A DNA stretch of 64,000 nt, from UHGV virus genome UHGV-1366828; one strand, 5' to 3'. Position 1 is the stretch's first letter. Every line of letters starts with the position of its first letter. Made by a program: the position numbers and the translations under genes. Below are positions 27,383-35,992 of the stretch, piece after piece. A model generated the notes under the pieces. That model had not been told where the DNA came from, did not search any database, and saw only the letters and a program-made list of their open reading frames with translations. This stretch comes from a virus.

Positions 27383-28129
27383 TCACCTTTTCGGCAAATT
27401 GGGCAGTGGCATCCAGTCAGTAACAGCGCAATCGACCGGGCTGTTGTAAACATCATCAGGCGTGAACTGCCGATTTTCCCACCACCCCTGCGGAACAAAA
27501 TAATCGTCATCTTCCTCGCTGTACGTCCCGTAGTCGTCTAAGTCGTACCAATTCCAGATACTGTCTTGCGTCAATACTGTGCCGTCCTCGTAAATTGCAG
27601 GACAGACAAAACGGTATCCGTTTCTATTACAGGTGACCAAAACTTCGGTTTCGGCCTTTGGCAATCTTTCCTTTACGCTAATCCATTGAGGAACAGACAC
27701 AATGGGGAGTGAAAGTAGCCTGCGAACATCCTTTGAAGTGTGACCGTCCCACGGCTTTCCCTTGTCCAATTCTTTACACTGAAACAGATCCCAGTCTTTC
27801 AATTCATAGTGGTATGTGTAACATCCTTCGTCGGTGTCAAAACCCATGATGAACCATCCCCCGCCGAAAGGAACACTGCCGTCCTCATGCCGCTTGCTTT
27901 TCCATGCATGCGGATTGTTTTTGGCAAGAGCGGCAGACAGAATAAGCCTTTGCTCATACAAATCTGCGAAGGTGTGGTATCCATCTGAGATTTTTTCAAC
28001 ATCAACGGCGGGAAGCGTCATTATGGTCTGTACGTTTTTTGCGCTACACCCGTCCTGCATTAATCGCATAACCGCCACTTCTCGTTCTAAGTATTCAGTC
28101 ATTGTCAACCCTCCTATTCCATGCTTCAA
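27383..28129 (-). CDS. DUF551-domain protein
   Basis: C-terminal WISVKERLPKAETEVLV...DWMPLP matches the DUF551 signature. Confidence 0.45.
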   Translation of the reverse strand: MKHGIGGLTMTEYLEREVAVMRLMQDGCSAKNVQTIMTLPAVDVEKISDGYHTFADLYEQRLILSAALAKNNPHAWKSKRHEDGSVPFGGGWFIMGFDTDEGCYTYHYELKDWDLFQCKELDKGKPWDGHTSKDVRRLLSLPIVSVPQWISVKERLPKAETEVLVTCNRNGYRFVCPAIYEDGTVLTQDSIWNWYDLDDYGTYSEEDDDYFVPQGWWENRQFTPDDVYNSPVDCAVTDWMPLPNLPKR

Positions 28130-28343
28130 TTGCTTTTTCTGGCGTAGAGAAAAGCCGTGTTTGCTGATGACAAAAACAGACGGCGTTGTCGCAAATCACT
28201 CGATATTTTTTGATGTACTCAATCAAGCCGTCATCGGCTGCTACTGCGGCGGGCAGATCGCAAAAAACAATCTCCCTGATGTACGGGGTACTGCCACAGA
28301 AAGGACACGGTTTAGGTTTTATCATATTTGTTACTCCATTCAA
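28095..28343 (-). CDS. Lar-family restriction-alleviation protein
   Basis: KPCPFCGS...VICDNAVCFC...PEKAIEAWNRR matches the Lar family consensus (KPCPFCG...C..C...eAi.aWNrR). Confidence 0.55.
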   Translation of the reverse strand: MNGVTNMIKPKPCPFCGSTPYIREIVFCDLPAAVAADDGLIEYIKKYRVICDNAVCFCHQQTRLFSTPEKAIEAWNRRVDND

Positions 28344-28852
28344 CAGATAGTTATCTCATTTGTACAAATTTCGTTCATTTCACTAAATACATTATTGTTA
28401 TTACAAATTTCGTAAATTTTATCCCATTTACGAGCCTCATCCAGTTGTGGGCGTTCGTAGTCGTTATACATTTTTATCAATTCGTTTTGCGGGATTATTC
28501 GTTTACGACTTGAATTATTTTTCAAACATAATTCAATAGGGGCGTATATATAAATCATATAGTTTTCCGTGAACATATGACCAAACCAATTATAGATTTC
28601 GTCCCTATTGGAGATGGTCGGTGCGTTGGTGTCAATAATTATATCAACATTGTCTCGCGAAGCTAGTTCAATTGCACGATAAAACATCATCCATACGTCA
28701 AATTCGTGCTTATGTACATTTTCATCGCCGAAAGTGGCATAATAAAAATTGTCAATATTAAGACAACGAAGATTATTCTTATGAGCAAATTCTTTGGCAA
28801 AAGTGGTTTTACCGGAGCCACTAACACCAGTCATCAAGTACAATTTACTCAT
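28340..28852 (-). CDS. T4 Pnk-like P-loop nucleotide/polynucleotide kinase (kinase domain only)
   Basis: LYLMTGVSGSGKTTFAKEF; DIIIDTNAPTISNRDEIYNWF; NNSSRKRIIPQNELIKMY (cf. T4 Pnk NSKRGTKAVPIDVLRSMY); start overlaps the radical-SAM stop (ATGAGTAA). Confidence 0.5.
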   Translation of the reverse strand: MSKLYLMTGVSGSGKTTFAKEFAHKNNLRCLNIDNFYYATFGDENVHKHEFDVWMMFYRAIELASRDNVDIIIDTNAPTISNRDEIYNWFGHMFTENYMIYIYAPIELCLKNNSSRKRIIPQNELIKMYNDYERPQLDEARKWDKIYEICNNNNVFSEMNEICTNEITIC

Positions 28853-29567
28853 TGTTGCTTCCACCAATCCATATGCCTCTATCACTTTCCCAACTGTCGT
28901 AAACCATTCCGTCGCTTCTAAAAATAAGATATCGACCCGTGGCATCTTGACAAGTGGTGTCAAGACGGATAGAAAATTTACTGCCATTGCGAGAACTTAC
29001 AATATCTTTAAATTGACCAAGTTCAATAGTGTTCTCATCAATCCACTTATTTATTTTTTCGTCTTCACCATAGTTGAGAGATTTAAAAGTAACTTGGTCA
29101 AAACCCATACGACAGAAATTATTTTCATTTAAGAAATTCAATTCTTTTGTGAGAATAATTACCATACGGGAAGTTGCATCACCGTGATAGTTGTTTATGC
29201 ATTGCCAAGAAGAAAGATATTCGCGTGCATTAGTGATAGAATAACTGACTACATCAACAAAATCAAGTTGCTCAATTTTCATTGAGAGGTTGTGTGTCTG
29301 GATTTCAGTCTTAACTCCACAAGATTTTGCGACTTCCGCAACTTTACGCGCCCAGCGCATATTCTGAGTTGGGTCGCATTCGCCGGTGATAATGACGGTG
29401 TCGATATTACAATTTTTAATTGTGCGCTTCAGTGCGTTAAAATAGTCTTGATTAAGTCCGTCTTTATAAATATCCTTAAACTGATACTTATGCTTATGCC
29501 CACGAGCAACACAAAACGGACAATTATAAACACACTCTTGGTGCGGAGCACAGACTTGAAGATTCAT
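28845..29567 (-). CDS. radical SAM enzyme (NrdG/QueE-like small activase-type)
   Basis: CVYNCPFC CX3CX2C at residues 13-20; VIITGECDPTQN resembles the ITGGEP motif of the NrdG/PflA/QueE group. Confidence 0.5.
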   Translation of the reverse strand: MNLQVCAPHQECVYNCPFCVARGHKHKYQFKDIYKDGLNQDYFNALKRTIKNCNIDTVIITGECDPTQNMRWARKVAEVAKSCGVKTEIQTHNLSMKIEQLDFVDVVSYSITNAREYLSSWQCINNYHGDATSRMVIILTKELNFLNENNFCRMGFDQVTFKSLNYGEDEKINKWIDENTIELGQFKDIVSSRNGSKFSIRLDTTCQDATGRYLIFRSDGMVYDSWESDRGIWIGGSNNE

Positions 29568-29599
29568 TGAGTAGTTCTCCCTTTTATTTTATGTTTCTA

Positions 29600-29995
29600 T
29601 TATACTATACTATGTGCCGACTTTTCAACTAGGTTATAACTCATATCAGGTTCTACGGGTTCGTAGTTCGTATTCGTCAAAACATCTCCGTAAGGACAAA
29701 AATCAGTATCGCGTGTAATAAACGGGTAGTGCCAACAGCCACAATCACAACGCTTGCTTTCGGGGTCCCGGTGTTTGCAATACTTACAGTAAACTACTTT
29801 CTCATAGCCTAGTTGCACCGCCATACGCTTGAATTGGCTGCGGGTGGGACGGTCAACCTCTATTGTAGGCGCTGCATCGATAAGTTCAAGTACCTGTTCT
29901 TTACTAAGAAGGGTGCAGTTTCTACAATTCTGAAATGCGTCAACGCTTGTTTCCGGGATAGCTAATTTCAGGGCATCTGCGTCAGTCAACCTCAT
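29600..29995 (-). CDS. Cys-rich hypothetical protein
   Basis: ORF track; CRNC...CKYCKH...CDCGC. Confidence 0.4.
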   Translation of the reverse strand: MRLTDADALKLAIPETSVDAFQNCRNCTLLSKEQVLELIDAAPTIEVDRPTRSQFKRMAVQLGYEKVVYCKYCKHRDPESKRCDCGCWHYPFITRDTDFCPYGDVLTNTNYEPVEPDMSYNLVEKSAHSIV

Positions 29996-30309
29996 TCCTC
30001 TATCACCTCAAGCCCGTAAGCAACCGCTGCGTCATGTTCAATTCGGCAGCCTCGCGCATTCTCCCAGCCAGTACAGAAATAAGCAGCATGACAGAGACTC
30101 ATATTCTCTAGCGATTTTGCAAGAAAACAAAGCGGGATCTGAACAACGCCTCGATCCGCCATTTTTTCATGGCTATACCATTCATCCGTAAAAAGTGTGT
30201 TCACTACTTCATACCCGCGTCGTTCCAGCTCAGCAATAGCACGATTTCGTGTTTCAATGATCTCTTGTTCCGTTTTTCCAGCCATCGGCTGGGACAACAT
30301 AGCTTTCAT
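29992..30309 (-). CDS. DUF4406-like protein (NDT-like fold), paralog of 20931..21257; start moved to internal M
   Basis: QPMAGKTEQE...CHAAYFCTGWENARGCRIEHDAAVAYGLEV; same C-terminal ...AYGL(K/E)V(F/I)EE as the paralog. Confidence 0.45.
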   Translation of the reverse strand: MKAMLSQPMAGKTEQEIIETRNRAIAELERRGYEVVNTLFTDEWYSHEKMADRGVVQIPLCFLAKSLENMSLCHAAYFCTGWENARGCRIEHDAAVAYGLEVIEE

Positions 30310-30544
30310 TTTCTTTCTTCTCCTTAAATTCGTCATGATACTTGTTAATAAACTCGTCAAGAACAAATCCCCTGCAATCGGGGTTGCCATCATCGTCTCT
30401 ACGGACATTTCCATAAGGGCACCCATCACATCCGCAAGGCATATCAAGATGACTTCCGCACAAGTCGTTCATTGCAAAATTGATTGCTTTCTCTACAAGG
30501 TCAAGTTTTGTCATTTTCTTTGCCGTCCTTTCTCCAAGCTCCAA
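30254..30544 (-). CDS. Cys-rich hypothetical protein
   Basis: ORF track; PCGCDGCPYG. Confidence 0.35.
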   Translation of the reverse strand: MELGERTAKKMTKLDLVEKAINFAMNDLCGSHLDMPCGCDGCPYGNVRRDDDGNPDCRGFVLDEFINKYHDEFKEKKENESYVVPADGWKNGTRDH

Positions 30545-30550
30545 AACCGT

Positions 30551-30748
30551 TCATTTTTCCACATCGTCCATTCTTGCACCACAATTGGGACAAAATGGGG
30601 GCTTCCAGTCGCTCCAAATGTCGGCGTCTAAATCCTTAAACTTATCTTCACCGCACACGGGGCAAATGGGGTTGCCATTTTCCCAACGTCCATGACGGAC
30701 AGGCGCAACGTCGACAGCTTGCTTGTTGATATATTCATCCATTTTCAA
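30551..30748 (-). CDS. zinc-ribbon protein, CPxCGA(R/H)M paralog family
   Basis: APVRHGRW...CPVCG...CPNCGARMDD. Confidence 0.4.
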   Translation of the reverse strand: MKMDEYINKQAVDVAPVRHGRWENGNPICPVCGEDKFKDLDADIWSDWKPPFCPNCGARMDDVEK

Positions 30749-30784
30749 CCCTCCTTAGTTCCAGCCATTAAACGGCACCATTTC

Positions 30785-31066
30785 TTAGTCGAGATGTTTA
30801 ACACAATCTGCTCCAAGATACAGCATCTCGATATCAGTGCTATCACTCTGAACAACATACAGAATGTTCTTTATGGGTTTGTTGCATCGACTACACAAAC
30901 AGTACGGTACATTTCCTTCAGAGTTACAGTTTAATAAACAGAAATAAGAATTAACTCGAGGGTTAACATCTGCAACAAACTCAAGAGAATGATTTATCAC
31001 AGAATTGGGAAATGCTCTAAACAGCTTCTGAAGTACATCTGTTTCTACCATATGTGAAAACTCCAT
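30785..31066 (-). CDS. hypothetical protein
   Basis: ORF track. Confidence 0.4.
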   Translation of the reverse strand: MEFSHMVETDVLQKLFRAFPNSVINHSLEFVADVNPRVNSYFCLLNCNSEGNVPYCLCSRCNKPIKNILYVVQSDSTDIEMLYLGADCVKHLD

Positions 31067-31071
31067 TATTC

Positions 31072-31404
31072 TTATATTAAACTGAGGAGGTGTAGTTGTT
31101 GCATCTCCTCAGAAGTGATTTCATGCTCGCCGTTCATCGGAACAATGCCGATAACAACTTCGTCCCAGAACCCGTCCTTGTACAGCGGCGTCTTGATGAA
31201 GTCCTCATGCTGTTTCATGTAAGCTGCCAACCCGATCTTAGCACCACGAAGGGTGGAGTACCCCTCATACATAGGCTGCCCAGACATCCAACCATTCCTT
31301 CCGATATAATGATAAAGTGTCATAGGACCTTCAGTGTTATAACGGGGGTTCGTGGATCTCATCGTATTCTGTACTTTAATGGCGTAGGTCGTCATCTGGA
31401 ACAA
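31072..31404 (-). CDS. hypothetical protein
   Basis: ORF track. Confidence 0.4.
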   Translation of the reverse strand: MFQMTTYAIKVQNTMRSTNPRYNTEGPMTLYHYIGRNGWMSGQPMYEGYSTLRGAKIGLAAYMKQHEDFIKTPLYKDGFWDEVVIGIVPMNGEHEITSEEMQQLHLLSLI

Positions 31405-31463
31405 CTCCTTTATTTATTTTACACTCTTATTTTATAATAAGAGGTAACATAAATCAACTAACA

Positions 31464-34349
31464 TCATACAGTAAGACCCTGTATGTATTTTCGGAGGCTG
31501 TCGATGCTTCGTTCTTCTATCTTATCATCAATAATGTAATCGCTAATTGCTCCCTTGTCATGGACTAACTCATCAACTCTCTGGTCAATGGTGTTATTGC
31601 TAATAAGATAGTGAATGAAAACGGGCTTCTTTGAACCAATTCTGTGAATACGGTCTTCACATTGCTGACAATCTGCTGCCGTCCAAGGGTTACTAACAAA
31701 GATTGCATGTGTTGCTCTATTTAGTGTAACACCCGTACCCATCTTACTAGTTGTACAGAGCATTACCATGTGTTCATTGTCATTTTGAAATTTCTCTATG
31801 TTCTCGTTTATGATAACATCAGGAACATCGCCTGTACAAAGTAGCGGTTTATACTGTTTGAGGTCTTCCTTTAGCGTATTTAAAGTGTCTTTAAATGTAC
31901 TGAATACAACAACTTTTTCGTCACCCGACACAATCTGTTCTACGAGATCTTCTGCAACAGAAACTTTTTCAGACTTTATACTTTCTGTTGTAAGAACAGA
32001 GGGACATTCTGTAGCCTGCCGTAACCGAGCTACCATTGACAAAATGTTTGCTGTAGACATATCTACTTTGTCGACCTGGTCAACAATACCTGCTTGAATG
32101 TTGGAGTAGAATGTTTCCTGTGTGGGGTTCATTTCTACAATCTGCGTAATTATTGTCTTTTCTGGGAGGTCAAGAAGATCTTTCGTTCTTCTTAGTGAAC
32201 ACTCGTTAAGCTGTTCCTTTAACGTATCAACATTTCTGTAACCTACAAAATCGTTGTTGAAGAACCCTGTATAGTTACAGTAGTAATACTTAAAGTTACT
32301 AAAACTGCAATGTTCCTTACCAATCCACTTCAATGGAATGTAAGCATCAAGAGGACTATTAAGAAGTAACGTTCCCGTTAAAGCTACTCGATACTTTGCA
32401 GAAGTTAACTTCAGAAAATTCTTAGACTGAACAGCTGTAGGATTCTTACAACGATGGACTTCATCAATGATAATGAGGTCGAACTTATTTGCGCCTTTAT
32501 TGATTCCTTTTACAACATTTGCATCTCTTAAAGTTTCAATGTTTGTTACAACAAAGAATTCATCAATGGTCCTGTTTAGATCAGCAACTCTGTCATTCAC
32601 ACTTCCGATTGTGAATTTACCAGATTTTGTAATACGTTGACCTAATATGTAACAACTTTCCTTAGTATGTTTTTCAATTTCTCTTTTCCAGTTGAATTTA
32701 AGGTTGTTAACACCACAAATAATTAAACAGTGCTCAATCCCTTCACGCTTTTTCAGTTCGAGAGCCAAGTAAAGCATCTGCAACGTATTATGTGTTACAC
32801 AGCACCCTTCGATTAGATACGTCTTTGAAGGGCTGTCAACAGTAATACATCGTCCAACTTTCAAAGTTATGGGCTCAATTTTAGCAAACCGCCTTCTCGG
32901 ATTACCTCCATTGCTTCTTGCTCTTAACAACTCTTTCTTACGTGGCAGGGTTACAAACAAGGAAGGGTCGGCTACACGTATGGTTAGACTATAGGACAAT
33001 CCTGTACACTTCCCGTTATATTTAGCTTGTCCTACATGTTTATGACATATTCCTCCTAGGGACTCTACAATTTCACGAACATCGTCACACAATTTCTCAG
33101 AGACAGTTGAGTAATCTAAGTGATTATCCTTAGCAGCATAACCATCTGTGTCAAACAGTCCTCGAAGAACGTCCATTCTAACTTCAACAGTGTTGTACTT
33201 ATAGACATCAGGAATAAATTTGGTGTGAGAAGTACAACCAAACAATCCCAGGTCAAGAAGGTCTTGATGCAAGGGATTTCCAGCTTCTCTTCTGTACGAC
33301 CACCTAGACCCGGCATATAAACTGTTTTGATTAATACTATATTTTATTTCGTCCAATTTTTTATACATAAGATTAGTATTATCTGTCGGCAACCCTAGAT
33401 ATCTGCACACCTCTTTACCTGACCCAATTCTAACGCCGTCCGCATACCATACGTAACCTCTGTTTGTAATAACTTGTCCCTCTTTCTGGCATATTCTATA
33501 GGATATTGGGGCGCACTTTTTCAACTGTAAATCTTCGGGAAGGTTTTCCCTTACTTTGTTTACAATATGTTCATCCACAGTTGTAATATCAATGGATTTT
33601 GAGATGCTACCGTCACCAAGTAAGACCCCTAACAAATAGGGTTGAATTGGGACATTTTGATGAACAAACTGAATGGGTTTTGTTAGGGGCACATAGTAAG
33701 GCGTTTCTTTTGAGTCAATACGTCTGTAAGATTTTCTACAATCATTCTCAAGAAACCACTTAGTAGGAACAACTCTTCCGTCGGATAATAACCACAAATG
33801 GTCTTCGCAACAGTCAACAGTTAAGCCATCTGTGAATGTAACTCTGTACATATTCAGGTTATCGTGGTCATACACTGCTAACACTTTGCAAGGATTGCCC
33901 TCTTTGTCTATAACAAAATCTCCTACTTTTAATTCTCCCATTGTGGTTTTACCCGTAGGAGTATACACACTAGTATCTAAACTAACGGCTTTTCCAAGAC
34001 CGGGTGCGTCAAGAAGTAGCCATTTATCATGAGACAGGCCAAATTTTATCCCGTCGGCTTGATATGGAAACGGAGTTGTTTTAAACTCGCTAAGTTGAAC
34101 ATCTTTAACAGGATGTTTCTTTTCATCAGGCTTCAACTTTAACTCAATATCGTCAAAAACATTAACACTATTTATAATTGAAGCAAGGTCAGTAACAGGG
34201 ACTTCCCACATCTTACTTTTCTTGTCATAGTTAGCTACAGTAACACTGTTTTTAAGTGCTTCTATAATGTCTTTGTTGTACTCAAAGCTAACATACAGAG
34301 AAGAGGTGCCGGGAACCTTGCTGTTTAATTTTTCTTCAATCGTTATCAA
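31464..34349 (-). CDS. SNF2/DExH-family helicase interrupted by an intein
   Basis: motif I split: DAPGLGK|A...HN|TLQML; DEVH box IIIDEVHRCKN; SNF2-type C-terminal helicase domain. Confidence 0.7.
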   Translation of the reverse strand: MITIEEKLNSKVPGTSSLYVSFEYNKDIIEALKNSVTVANYDKKSKMWEVPVTDLASIINSVNVFDDIELKLKPDEKKHPVKDVQLSEFKTTPFPYQADGIKFGLSHDKWLLLDAPGLGKAVSLDTSVYTPTGKTTMGELKVGDFVIDKEGNPCKVLAVYDHDNLNMYRVTFTDGLTVDCCEDHLWLLSDGRVVPTKWFLENDCRKSYRRIDSKETPYYVPLTKPIQFVHQNVPIQPYLLGVLLGDGSISKSIDITTVDEHIVNKVRENLPEDLQLKKCAPISYRICQKEGQVITNRGYVWYADGVRIGSGKEVCRYLGLPTDNTNLMYKKLDEIKYSINQNSLYAGSRWSYRREAGNPLHQDLLDLGLFGCTSHTKFIPDVYKYNTVEVRMDVLRGLFDTDGYAAKDNHLDYSTVSEKLCDDVREIVESLGGICHKHVGQAKYNGKCTGLSYSLTIRVADPSLFVTLPRKKELLRARSNGGNPRRRFAKIEPITLKVGRCITVDSPSKTYLIEGCCVTHNTLQMLYLALELKKREGIEHCLIICGVNNLKFNWKREIEKHTKESCYILGQRITKSGKFTIGSVNDRVADLNRTIDEFFVVTNIETLRDANVVKGINKGANKFDLIIIDEVHRCKNPTAVQSKNFLKLTSAKYRVALTGTLLLNSPLDAYIPLKWIGKEHCSFSNFKYYYCNYTGFFNNDFVGYRNVDTLKEQLNECSLRRTKDLLDLPEKTIITQIVEMNPTQETFYSNIQAGIVDQVDKVDMSTANILSMVARLRQATECPSVLTTESIKSEKVSVAEDLVEQIVSGDEKVVVFSTFKDTLNTLKEDLKQYKPLLCTGDVPDVIINENIEKFQNDNEHMVMLCTTSKMGTGVTLNRATHAIFVSNPWTAADCQQCEDRIHRIGSKKPVFIHYLISNNTIDQRVDELVHDKGAISDYIIDDKIEERSIDSLRKYIQGLTV
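32787..33989 (-). mobile_element. intein (401 aa, Ala at position 1) with LAGLIDADG homing endonuclease in the SNF2 helicase P-loop
   Basis: block A AVSLDTSVYT..G, block B TDGLTVDCCEDHLW, LLGVLLGDGSI and LRGLFDTDGYAA, C-terminal VTHN plus Thr+1. Confidence 0.6.
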
Positions 34350-34890
34350 ACAATTTATCTCCTTTTATAAGGGGTATATAAGAAAGGTAGCTGACAAAGG
34401 TAACCTAACCTTTCAAATAGAAGAAAATGTCAGCTACCCCCGTTGCGTCGTCAAACATCAACTGATACGCCATTTATAGTCGTAATATTTCCGATGAAGG
34501 TTTCCTTTAGATTTAGTTTCCTCGAAATCAATTCTCCGAACACACTTATGAGACATCTTCTTGTGATAAGGGCTACCATAGTAATACTGTTTAAGATACT
34601 TTCTGTTGTAATAGTTGTTCCACCAAACAGCTACAGACGGAGAATCACTAAGCAATCTTTTAAGTTTCTGCTGATATACTTCTTCACGAAAACGACGATA
34701 TTCTGAAGTCCTGTTCAAAAATATTACCCCTTTCTTTATTTCGGGACATGTTTTGCTATCCAACTTACACATCTGATACCAATAAGAATCAAGCAGAGAT
34801 AAGAAACAATTTCATTCTCTACTAGTGCCATCAGTATAATCAGAAGAAGGCTGGATAACATTTTAAACACTCCTTAAAAATAATGATATA

Positions 34891-35196
34891 TCAATCTTCT
34901 GGGAGTAGAATTTTATCCGTGGCTAATATAGTTGTATAATCTTCGTTGAAATTATGGTCTGTATCTTCTTTAGCACTAAAACTAATCTTTGCGCTTATTC
35001 TGAATGGAGTATCACAATAGTTACATGTATAACATTCTTCCGTGTCTATATCTGTTCCGTAAACTTCTAAAATCTTATGAGTGTCTCCGGATCTTTCAAT
35101 ATAGTTAGCCTTTCCAAAAAAAGCTGTAGGTAAATAGATTTCTTGTGCCAAATATTCTGCACCACAACGTGGGCAAGTTATAACTGTTCTTTTCAT
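34891..35196 (-). CDS. zinc-ribbon protein, first gene of the structural block
   Basis: CPRCG...CNYC. Confidence 0.4.
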   Translation of the reverse strand: MKRTVITCPRCGAEYLAQEIYLPTAFFGKANYIERSGDTHKILEVYGTDIDTEECYTCNYCDTPFRISAKISFSAKEDTDHNFNEDYTTILATDKILLPED

Positions 35197-35223
35197 TCTA
35201 TAAGCTCCTGTTTTCTACAATAA

Positions 35224-35252
35224 TATTCTATTATATATAGATACTGAAATCA
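35224..35252 (-). promoter_or_regulatory. sigma-70-type promoter TTGATT-N17-TAGAAT (minus strand) with an upstream 8-bp inverted repeat TTGAAATT/AATTTCAA (35255-35273)
   Basis: AT-rich 265-nt intergenic region upstream of the structural gene block. Confidence 0.4.
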
Positions 35253-35325
35253 ACTTGAAATTTCTTAATTTCAAAATATATAATTTAATACTATTATTTG
35301 TTAATTTTATATTGTTATTATTTGT

Positions 35326-35400
35326 CCTAACTTAGTTAAGAACAGGCTGTTAACTTAGTAAAGAACAAGCCGTTTACTTAGTTAAGAACTTATGTTTACT
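35326..35400. repeat. three imperfect ~23-bp direct repeats (aaCTTAGTtAAGAACa.gc.gTT)
   Basis: ctaacttagttaagaacaggctgtt / aacttagtaaagaacaagccgtt / tacttagttaagaacttatgttt. Confidence 0.6.
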
Positions 35401-35461
35401 TTCTATACAACAAAATGAGGACATCCATTACAGATGCCCTCAAGTAGCGTGTATATTTTAG

Positions 35462-35992
35462 TTATTCAATAACTCCGCCGTCAATAACTGACAGGTCAAG
35501 TGAGTCTTTAGAGAACCGAATCTTACTTTCTTCGGGAACTTTCCAACTTCCGTCGTTATCTAGTTGCGCCAACTTAAGGGTCTTTACAACACCTGAATGT
35601 TGTGCTGTATACTCAAGGGCATTGTCAATTACAAGGCCTGTGTAAAGATTATTGTCGTCTTGCCCCCACAGTTCGTTATATACAAGACCGTCGTCAGCTG
35701 TTGCTGAAACTAATTCTATATGAGCATATACACTACCAGAGGTGTAGGTAGTTCCTAGCCCGATAGAACTTACAGGGTCTTCAATACGGAAATAATATCC
35801 AAATAGATTAAATTCTAGAGGCGCATCATCTGTTAATACATCTACATCGGATATGACGAATCCGTCTAAATCAATTAGTTTGTTTGTAATACCAACAAGT
35901 GCTTGTTCTGACATCAGCTTAGCAAGGGGTTTACTCCCGCCACGTCTTGTTGCTGGGAATACATTTATTTTGTTTGAAGTTATCGTTGCCAT
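35462..35992 (-). CDS. structural protein (tail fibre/baseplate-associated), hypothetical
   Basis: ORF track; position in the baseplate block. Confidence 0.4.
   Translation of the reverse strand: MATITSNKINVFPATRRGGSKPLAKLMSEQALVGITNKLIDLDGFVISDVDVLTDDAPLEFNLFGYYFRIEDPVSSIGLGTTYTSGSVYAHIELVSATADDGLVYNELWGQDDNNLYTGLVIDNALEYTAQHSGVVKTLKLAQLDNDGSWKVPEESKIRFSKDSLDLSVIDGGVIE

Noticed and set aside
28845-29567. Radical SAM protein as the missing QueE of a preQ0 pathway
   Set aside because: It lacks the QGEG substrate-binding motif preceding the cluster and has no FolE/QueD/QueC partners nearby. Kept as a generic radical SAM of unknown role.
35326-35400. Possible CRISPR array
   Set aside because: Only three imperfect ~23-bp repeats, almost contiguous with no unique spacers of regular length. 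More consistent with iterons or operators.
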